From assembly GCA_008080745.1 (NCBI GenBank), contig SHMX01000006.1, forward strand, positions 90,001 through 122,000: 32,000 bases of DNA, given 5' to 3'. Positions 24,798 to 32,000 of the stretch are shown piece by piece. Source of the DNA: Candidatus Thorarchaeota archaeon (GTDB lineage Archaea; Asgardarchaeota; Thorarchaeia; Thorarchaeales; Thorarchaeaceae). Both the position numbers and the translations under genes were made by a program. How positions within the stretch are numbered: the stretch's first letter is position 1; every line of letters begins with the position of its first letter. A model generated the notes under the pieces. The model ran no database searches, had not been told where the DNA came from, and was given only the letters and a program-made list of their open reading frames with translations.

Positions 24798-27515
24798 CTA
24801 CGTCATCGTGCTTGCTTCTTTAATAGCCGCCTGAGCTGCAGCTAATCGAGCTATTGGAAGTCTGTAGGGTGAACAAGACACATAATCAAGACCAATCTCA
24901 TAGAAGAACTCGACAGATCGGGCATCTCCACCATGTTCTCCACAGATTCCTAATTTAATATCTGGCCGAGTCTTTCGACCCCGCTCAATAGCAATCTGCA
25001 TTAACTGACCAATTCCACGTTTGTCAATGCTCACAAATGGGTCGTTCCGTAAGATATGACCATCCAGATACATTGGTAGGAATGTTTCGATATCGTCTCG
25101 GCTGAATCCAAAGCCCATCTGACTAAGATCATTAGTACCAAACGAGAAGAATTCAGCAGTCTGAGCCATATCACCAGCTCGCATACATGCTCTTGGTATC
25201 TCTATCATAGTTCCAAGCATGAAGTGGACCTCTTCGCCGGTTTCTTCCTTGAATTTCTCGTAGACCTTGTCAACTCGCATCTTCATGTGTTTTAGTTCGG
25301 CAGACCCCACTGTAACCGGAATCATAATCTCCAACTGAACATCCTTTCCCTCATTCTTTAGTTCAGCTGCTGCTTCGAGTATTGAACGTACTTGCATCTC
25401 ATAGACTTCAGGATTAGTTATCCCTAACCGAACACCTCTATGGCCCATCATTGGGTTATTCTCACGGAGTGCTTCACCACGTCTTCGAACCTCATCAAGT
25501 GGTATATCCAGAGCGTGAGCAAGTCGTTCCTGACCAATCTTGCTCTGGGGAACAAACTCATGGAGGGGCGGATCAAGTAATCTAATTGTTACTGGCTTTC
25601 CAGCCATGACCTCCAAGGTTGCTTTGATATCCTTCTTCACATAAGGTGAGAGCTCTTTTAGAGCATCGGTTCTTTCTGCTTTGGTAGCGCTCATTATCAT
25701 TTTTCGAAGGAGAAATAGTGGTTCATCCGAACCCTCACCGTAGAACATATGCTCTGTTCGAAATAGACCGATACCCTCTGCACCAAATTCTAATGCTTGT
25801 ATAGCATCTTCTGGAGTTTCAGCATTCGCTCTAACACCCATCTTTCGATATTTATCTACCAAGTCCATGAATTCCTGAAGGCGTGGATTCTTAGTAGAAT
25901 CAATCATAGGCAATTCGCCTTCGTAGACGTTACCTAGTGTGCCATTAAGGGTAATTGTTGTACCTTCTTCGTATACTTTGCCATCAATCACCATCTTCTT
26001 CTGATATGGATCGACTTCAATTTCAGAAGCTCCTACAATACAACATTTGCCCCAACCTCTGGTAACAAGTGCTGCATGGCTAGTCATACCACCACGAGCA
26101 GTAAGAATACCATTCGCCGCACGCATTCCCTCGATATCTTCTGGGCTGGTTTCTTCGCGTATAAGAATGACTTTTTTGCCTTCGTTATTCCATTTTACTG
26201 CATCTTCAGATGTGAATACAATTTGACCCACTGCACCACCAGGACCAGCTGGTAAGCCTTTAGCAATTGCTTGTTTTTCCTTTTCTGCTTCGGGATCTAG
26301 GATAGGATAGAGCAGCTGACTCAATTGACTTGGAGCCAATCTGAGTACAGTGGTTGACTCGTCTATGAGTCCCTCATCAAGCATATCGAGGGCAATGTTC
26401 AAGGCTGCTGTTGCAGTTCTCTTTCCAACTCGATGTTGTACCAAAAAGAGTTTATCCTGTTCGATTGTAAACTCAAGATCCACCATATCCTTACTATAAC
26501 CCTCTAACTTGTCTTTTATCTCTCTAAGCTCTTGGTAGAGTTTAGGCATCTTCTCTTCCAAAGTTGGTAGATGCTTATTCTGTTCATTTTTGGATTCTTC
26601 ATTCATTGGATTTGGAGTTCGTATTCCTGCAACGACATCCTCGCCCTGGGCATTAAAGAGACATTCACCATAGAATTTGTTCTCACCAGTAGCTGGATCT
26701 CTAGTAAAAGCAACACCTGTTGCAGATTCTTCACCCATGTTGCCAAAGACCATTGACTGAACGGTACAAGCAGTACCCCACTTATCAGGAATGTTTTCTA
26801 TTCGGCGATAAGCAACTGCGCGATTGCCACCCCAGCTCTTGAATACTGCGCCTACTGCACCCCACAGTTGTTCATATGGATCGTCAGGAAATTCCTTACC
26901 CAGAGTTTCTTTAATTCGAACTTTGAATTCCTGTATCAGTTCTTTCAGGGTCTCGACAGACAAGTCAGTGTCTAATACTGCACCTGTGTCTCTCTTTCGC
27001 TTGCTCAGAATCCATTCTAGTTGTTGTCTGATACCCTTACCCTCCTCAGGTTGGATGCCTTCGGCTTTTTCCATGACAACATCACTATACATCATGATTA
27101 ATCGTCTATATGTATCGTACACGAACCATTCATTGTTTGTAATTTCAATTAACCCAGGTAGAGTTTTAGTCGTGAGACCTACATTTAGCACGGTCTCCAT
27201 CATACCTGGCATACTCATTCTAGCTCCTGAACGAGTGGAAACAAGTAGCGGATTTTCAGGATCGCCAAATTTTTTGCCCATTATTTCTTCGATATATTTC
27301 AAGGCATCCTTGGCTTGTGTCTTGACCTCCTCAGGAATCCCACCCTCTTCAAGATAGATGTTACATACATCTGTAGCAATCGTAAAACCTGGAGGTACAG
27401 GAAGGCCGAGTAGTGTGGCACTTGCTAGGGCTGCTCCTTTTCCACCGAGCTCATTTTTCATTTTACCAGTGCCATCTGCTTTTCCTGCTCCGAATTTGTA
27501 AACATATTTTGTCAA
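24798..27515 (-). CDS. ppdK: Pyruvate, phosphate dikinase
   Basis: KYVYKFG, LGGKGA, LLVSTRSGARMSMPGMMETVLNVG, phospho-His GGMTSHAA, GIGLFRTEHMF, FFSFGTNDL, GICGEHGGD. TTG 27515 has AGGAG 10 nt upstream. Confidence 0.97.
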   Translation of the reverse strand: MTKYVYKFGAGKADGTGKMKNELGGKGAALASATLLGLPVPPGFTIATDVCNIYLEEGGIPEEVKTQAKDALKYIEEIMGKKFGDPENPLLVSTRSGARMSMPGMMETVLNVGLTTKTLPGLIEITNNEWFVYDTYRRLIMMYSDVVMEKAEGIQPEEGKGIRQQLEWILSKRKRDTGAVLDTDLSVETLKELIQEFKVRIKETLGKEFPDDPYEQLWGAVGAVFKSWGGNRAVAYRRIENIPDKWGTACTVQSMVFGNMGEESATGVAFTRDPATGENKFYGECLFNAQGEDVVAGIRTPNPMNEESKNEQNKHLPTLEEKMPKLYQELREIKDKLEGYSKDMVDLEFTIEQDKLFLVQHRVGKRTATAALNIALDMLDEGLIDESTTVLRLAPSQLSQLLYPILDPEAEKEKQAIAKGLPAGPGGAVGQIVFTSEDAVKWNNEGKKVILIREETSPEDIEGMRAANGILTARGGMTSHAALVTRGWGKCCIVGASEIEVDPYQKKMVIDGKVYEEGTTITLNGTLGNVYEGELPMIDSTKNPRLQEFMDLVDKYRKMGVRANAETPEDAIQALEFGAEGIGLFRTEHMFYGEGSDEPLFLLRKMIMSATKAERTDALKELSPYVKKDIKATLEVMAGKPVTIRLLDPPLHEFVPQSKIGQERLAHALDIPLDEVRRRGEALRENNPMMGHRGVRLGITNPEVYEMQVRSILEAAAELKNEGKDVQLEIMIPVTVGSAELKHMKMRVDKVYEKFKEETGEEVHFMLGTMIEIPRACMRAGDMAQTAEFFSFGTNDLSQMGFGFSRDDIETFLPMYLDGHILRNDPFVSIDKRGIGQLMQIAIERGRKTRPDIKLGICGEHGGDARSVEFFYEIGLDYVSCSPYRLPIARLAAAQAAIKEASTMT

Positions 27516-27719
27516 TCTAGTTGCGCTCCTATTCGCATCATTTGAGCCTGCCTCTTGTTTTTCCAAAGGAACTTTCTAACGTATGTGAAGCAGACACTTC
27601 AAGTAAAGATGATTGCACTTTTCCATTAAAAGGGGTTTCATGTAGACATAGAACACATTATTTACAGAATTGGGAATCGTTTAAATCCAAAAAAGCAGAT
27701 AGTAAAAAGGGAGTACGAA

Positions 27720-29243
27720 TTGACATCGAGAGAACTGACAATAATTCTTGTAGGCATACTAGTTGGTTCGATACTATTTACTTATTCCCCAACGAACAAT
27801 CAAGTTATCCATTACACTCTCAAACCTGACGAATCAACCGTGCTCACAGATACACCCGAAGGACTCTTGAAATGGTCAAGCTATGAAATATCTACACGAG
27901 AACCAGTTTATGATAATAGCACTATTGTAGGAGATCATATTACTCTACATTCTTCACCGACTCCACCAGATGGAAGAATTATCGATAGTGTCGAACTGAA
28001 GGTTCCCAAAGAGATATTTCATAATTCTACCTACGACTTGGTTATTCCAGATCCGGACTTTGATCCTTTTGGAGCGGTATTTTCTCGATATGACTCAAAC
28101 TTTCAATGGGTAGTTATTCAAGATATAGCAATTGGTTGTACTGTTCAAGTTAAAGCTACATTTTCAAATGAAGATGTTGATGTAATGGTATGGCACGGAG
28201 GACAGAATCCTGACAGGTATTCATATGATAACAACATCATAAGTGGTCAAATGGCATCGCAGAATAATCCTGAGATAGGACAAGTTGAATGGTTCTTTCC
28301 AAATCGGACGATGATTTTGGCAATCTTTGATTTCACTGAAGAAATGGGAAATGTCACAGTAGAGATTACTAGCATAGAAGAAAGCCTAGTGTCTGGTACA
28401 GATAGTATCACCTATGAGACCTATTATTTTGAAACCAACAGAACTGTCAATCTTACCATATCATATTCGTTAGATAATGGAAGTCACTATCTCTATGATT
28501 TCAAAAATATTACTTTTCAGAATTTCTTTTCTCCAAAAATTACTGATTTACAAATAACAAATAACGATGCTGTATTTACGTTTGCATGGAGCATTCAAGA
28601 TAGAAATGCCTATGAGTTCCACACTTCAGATGTCTTCCTTTCTTCAGATGACGGTAAAACATTTTTGCGCATATCTTCAAATTTGAATGAATCTGAATTT
28701 ACATTTGATATGACTGGATTCTTGAATAGGGAGTATTATCTAAAGGTTATAGTGACTGATTCAAGTGGTCTTTCTGGAGAAAAAGTGGACATGTTTTCTT
28801 TATCTCCACCAGTCAATCCGCTCCTATTAGGTGTTGAACCCGTGGAAGATATGGTTATTGAATTGGGGTCCGTTGGAAATGTAATAACTTGGAATTTGGA
28901 TATTGAAGGTAATGCAATTTGTCAGTACAGAATTGTCGTAGACTCCGTTCAAGTAATTCAAAGTACCTGTTATGATGGAACTATTCAGTTCAATCTTGAT
29001 AGTCTACCAGTAGGGACCCATGATGTCAATCTAGATGTATGGATGTCGGAAGTGAGACATAGTGATACAGTTGTAGTGATTGTTGTAGAATCTGGAGTTC
29101 CAATATGGTTGCTTGTGAGTTTGGGATTGACTTTATTTGGAATAACCATCATGGGTATATTTCTATACAAAATTACAGATGCAAAGAAAAAGCGCTTGGG
29201 TAAATGGAGTTTAGAAGATTTGCTTGAAGAGAAAACCAACTAA
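27720..29243 (+). CDS. Single-pass surface protein, paralog of 23237..24763
   Basis: TTG start, N-terminal hydrophobic segment, GDHI, FQNFFSP and WSIQDRN motifs shared with the paralog, and C-terminal TM plus KKKR. Confidence 0.8.
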   Translation: MTSRELTIILVGILVGSILFTYSPTNNQVIHYTLKPDESTVLTDTPEGLLKWSSYEISTREPVYDNSTIVGDHITLHSSPTPPDGRIIDSVELKVPKEIFHNSTYDLVIPDPDFDPFGAVFSRYDSNFQWVVIQDIAIGCTVQVKATFSNEDVDVMVWHGGQNPDRYSYDNNIISGQMASQNNPEIGQVEWFFPNRTMILAIFDFTEEMGNVTVEITSIEESLVSGTDSITYETYYFETNRTVNLTISYSLDNGSHYLYDFKNITFQNFFSPKITDLQITNNDAVFTFAWSIQDRNAYEFHTSDVFLSSDDGKTFLRISSNLNESEFTFDMTGFLNREYYLKVIVTDSSGLSGEKVDMFSLSPPVNPLLLGVEPVEDMVIELGSVGNVITWNLDIEGNAICQYRIVVDSVQVIQSTCYDGTIQFNLDSLPVGTHDVNLDVWMSEVRHSDTVVVIVVESGVPIWLLVSLGLTLFGITIMGIFLYKITDAKKKRLGKWSLEDLLEEKTN

Positions 29244-29355
29244 GTAGAATCTAGCTTTTGCATTATTCAGTTAGCAATACTTCCTACTAGCATATACAAA
29301 ACGGCAACTTATTAGGGAAATCACACCCCTCTTGGAAATTACCAGAGGGATATCC

Positions 29356-30825
29356 ATGATTGATCTAACTCGCAATGAAGAACAATTGGCAAGAACTGTG
29401 AAAAGATGCAGAGAGCGAAATATTGTCATTCCCACTTTTGAACAACTCAAGAATCCCGAGCTTATTCCAGACCAAATCAAAGAAGAATTGAAGAAGATAG
29501 ACCTTTGGGCCGTCGAACCCCAGAACCTGTTCAGAATAACATGGAAGAATGAGCCACAAGATAGTGGTGGGCTATTTCGAGAGATACCTAACTACATGGA
29601 GATTCCCCAAGAGCTCACTGGAATTGAGGCACGAGTTATTGCATTAGTAGGAAAATGGTTTCCCACAGGTGCTCATAAAGTAGGGGCGACCTTCGGTTGT
29701 CTGGTCCCGCCTCTGGTCACAGGACAATTCGATCCAACCACACACAAAGCTGTTTGGCCAAGTACTGGCAATTACTGCAGAGGTGGTGCCTATGATGCAA
29801 CTCTTCTAGCATGTGAGAGCATAGCAATTCTGCCTGAGGAGATGTCCCAAGAACGATTTGATTGGCTCAAGACCGTTGCAGGAGAAATAATAGCTACTCC
29901 CGGCAGCGAGAGTAATGTCAAAGAGATCTATGACAAGGTCTGGGAACTAAGACGGGAACGTGATGATATCTTTGTATTCAACCAATTCAGCGAGTTTGGT
30001 AATTATTTGTTTCATTATGATGTTACAGGTGCTGCAATGGAGGAAGTTCTAGAGAAAGAGCTGGGAAACGATTGTTATCAGGGAGTATGTCTTACTACCG
30101 GATCAGCAGGAACAATAGCTTGCGGGGATTACATGAAACAACTATATCCAGCATCTAAGATTGCTGCTGGAGAGGCTCTGCAATGTCCCACTTTATTGTT
30201 GAATGGATACGGGGCACATAGAATTGAAGGGATTGGAGATAAGCATGTACCTTGGATACATAATACACGCAACACTGACATGGTGATAGCGATTGATGAT
30301 AATGATTCCATGGCCTTGATGAGACTGTTCAATGAACCTGCTGGAAGACACTATCTAACTGAAGAAATTGGGATTCCGGGAGAGTTTATTTCACAACTTG
30401 ACCTCCTTGGAATATCTAGTATTGCAAATCTACTAATGTGTATAAAATTTGCAAAATATTACGAATTAACCTCTGATGATGTTATTCTTACGGTCTTCAC
30501 TGACTCTATGGAAATGTACGATTCTCGATTGAGAGAGGCAAGAGCTAAACATGGAGAATATACGCGAGAAAATGCCATTCGTGACTTCCACCTGCATCTG
30601 AAAGGAATGAAAATCGATGCATTGATGGAGATGGGTTATTACGATAGAAAACGAATCCACCACCTGAAATATTTCACGTGGATTGAGCAACAACAATTCG
30701 AACTTGATGAGCTGAACAGGCAGTGGTATGATTATGATGAATACTGGTCAAGCATCCAAGCCATAACCCCAGAGATTGACGAACAGATAACCAAGTTCAA
30801 TCAAGCAGTAGGTCTTCTTAAGTAA
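29356..30825 (+). CDS. PLP-dependent fold-type II enzyme (cysteine synthase / threonine synthase-like beta family), substrate unknown
   Basis: WFPTGAHKVG (PLP Lys), WPSTGNY, TTGSAGT phosphate loop, HRIEGIGD, LGISS. ATG 29356 preferred over TTG 29332. Confidence 0.85.
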   Translation: MIDLTRNEEQLARTVKRCRERNIVIPTFEQLKNPELIPDQIKEELKKIDLWAVEPQNLFRITWKNEPQDSGGLFREIPNYMEIPQELTGIEARVIALVGKWFPTGAHKVGATFGCLVPPLVTGQFDPTTHKAVWPSTGNYCRGGAYDATLLACESIAILPEEMSQERFDWLKTVAGEIIATPGSESNVKEIYDKVWELRRERDDIFVFNQFSEFGNYLFHYDVTGAAMEEVLEKELGNDCYQGVCLTTGSAGTIACGDYMKQLYPASKIAAGEALQCPTLLLNGYGAHRIEGIGDKHVPWIHNTRNTDMVIAIDDNDSMALMRLFNEPAGRHYLTEEIGIPGEFISQLDLLGISSIANLLMCIKFAKYYELTSDDVILTVFTDSMEMYDSRLREARAKHGEYTRENAIRDFHLHLKGMKIDALMEMGYYDRKRIHHLKYFTWIEQQQFELDELNRQWYDYDEYWSSIQAITPEIDEQITKFNQAVGLLK

Positions 30826-31998
30826 TTGAAAAGCAAAGAGATGAACAAGATGGAGTCCTCAAAATCACTTGTTAGGATTCCTTATTCTGGAAATCTTGGA
30901 AAACAAGTTGAAGAAGTCTCTGAAGATGCTATGAAAATTGATCTCTATCTCCGTACAATTTCATCTATTGACCTACAAGAAGTATCCAGAATGAAACAAC
31001 TCGAATGTCTTGATCTATCCTATAACCGTCTGGAAGAAGTAGACTTGAGTGGACTGTCAGGTTGCATCAAACTACGTGAAGTGCGATTGCAGCACAACGG
31101 TCTTATTTCAGTAAACCTTTGGCCTTTGATATTTTCAGAGAACCCATTCTATATTGACATATCAAATAATGAAATTGATTTCATAGACCTCACTCCCGTG
31201 TTTCATTGGAAGGCAGTACTTACTGATCCAGGTCTTCATGTCCAATTCGATCCGTGTTTGAAATACATTCCACAGATTCTTAGTAGAAGTATGATTGATG
31301 AAAGAACGAAGTTCAAAGAACCCTTGGCAATAGTGGGTTTCAATGACTATCAAAAGGTCATTGAAGAGCAAGGCTGGAAATACGTTGTAGACAGGATAAA
31401 TCGGGTCTTTGAGAAAATTCAATCTAATGATTGGTTTGCATTCCAGAGAGGAGTCATGGAGGGGCTGGGGATGGGAGAGATTGCTTGCTATGACGGAAAT
31501 CCCATGGATATCTTAGAGAACGGTCTTGAAATTGACTCATTTGAAGATGCCAGATATACCATCTACTCTGAAGCAGTCAGCCTAATAGATAGACAGATTG
31601 AATCTAGCGGGCCCACAACATTTCTAGACATTGAACGTATGCTGAAGACCGAAGCCTGTACCTTAGTGCCGAAGATTGTAGACCGGAGAATAAATGAGAT
31701 TGAGAACACAATCGTACCTCAGACAAATGATAGAGTTCTCTTGATGCCTTTATGGATTACATCAATTGGTTATAGTATTCTATCAGCGATGAAACTTGGA
31801 TTACGAACGAATCCAAAAGTTGTACAACAAATTAGAAAGCACATTGCAAAGCTTGGTCAAAACATCACTATTGCTCGAAATGTCGCTACTGAGAATCCCT
31901 ATGGGGTAGCATGTAGTAGGTCATATCGTAGACACATTGCTCAGATGGTGCAGCATAACCAGCCATCGCCCCAATACATTAGTTCACGGAAACTGTGA
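30826..31998 (+). CDS. Leucine-rich repeat protein with an uncharacterised helical C-terminal domain
   Basis: LECLDLSYNRLEEVDLSGL, LREVRLQHNGLISVNLWPL and IDISNNEIDFIDLTPV fit LxxLxLxxNxL. Start may be 30826, 30841 or 30850. Confidence 0.85.
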   Translation: MKSKEMNKMESSKSLVRIPYSGNLGKQVEEVSEDAMKIDLYLRTISSIDLQEVSRMKQLECLDLSYNRLEEVDLSGLSGCIKLREVRLQHNGLISVNLWPLIFSENPFYIDISNNEIDFIDLTPVFHWKAVLTDPGLHVQFDPCLKYIPQILSRSMIDERTKFKEPLAIVGFNDYQKVIEEQGWKYVVDRINRVFEKIQSNDWFAFQRGVMEGLGMGEIACYDGNPMDILENGLEIDSFEDARYTIYSEAVSLIDRQIESSGPTTFLDIERMLKTEACTLVPKIVDRRINEIENTIVPQTNDRVLLMPLWITSIGYSILSAMKLGLRTNPKVVQQIRKHIAKLGQNITIARNVATENPYGVACSRSYRRHIAQMVQHNQPSPQYISSRKL

Positions 31999-32000
31999 AA

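Noticed and set aside
802-31422. About 30 short track ORFs antisense to or overlapping well-supported genes (for example 802..1086, 12379..12591, 16013..16237, 26824..27357, 31162..31422)
   Set aside because: They are shadow ORFs with no motifs, fully overlapping genes that have strong family signatures.
1-32000. CRISPR array, tRNA/rRNA genes, transposase or integrase
   Set aside because: No regularly spaced repeats, no cloverleaf with a T-loop outside coding regions, and no DDE, HUH or tyrosine-recombinase motifs were seen.

Overview
Archaeal chromosomal window, most likely an Asgard archaeon of the Thorarchaeia type. This taxonomy is an inference from the archaeal-type ThrRS, frequent TTG/GTG starts, many beta-helix/Ig-like single-pass surface proteins and an 'IDLxPL'-type LRR protein. 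The left part (about 1.8-11.2 kb) is an AT-rich accessory island of surface-receptor genes. It holds one large LamG-FN3-Ig-TM-winged-helix-repeat-Zn-ribbon gene broken by in-frame TAA codons and 1-bp frameshifts, three NosD/CASH-like beta-helix proteins, and three paralogous copies of an unusual winged-helix domain (motifs G[WL]RNKYxI and GGQ[KR][YF]xY). Those three copies occur as a stand-alone protein, a membrane-tethered protein and the cytoplasmic tail of a beta-helix receptor, and are the best candidate for an undescribed transmembrane signalling system. The rest is mostly intact metabolic genes: an extended SDR, a flavoprotein disulfide reductase, an amidohydrolase, a ferric-reductase-like TM protein, thrS, a saccharopine/lysine dehydrogenase-family enzyme, ilvA/tdcB-type threonine dehydratase, a CheY-like receiver, ppdK, a PLP fold-II enzyme and an LRR protein. 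Also found: a 57-aa TRASH-type protein missed by the ORF track, a GC-rich structured intergenic element (about 22.8-23.06 kb) that is a candidate ncRNA, a paralogous pair of surface proteins flanking ppdK, and several terminator-like hairpins. No tRNA, rRNA, CRISPR array or transposase was recognised. All family assignments are by eye from motifs; no database search was run.
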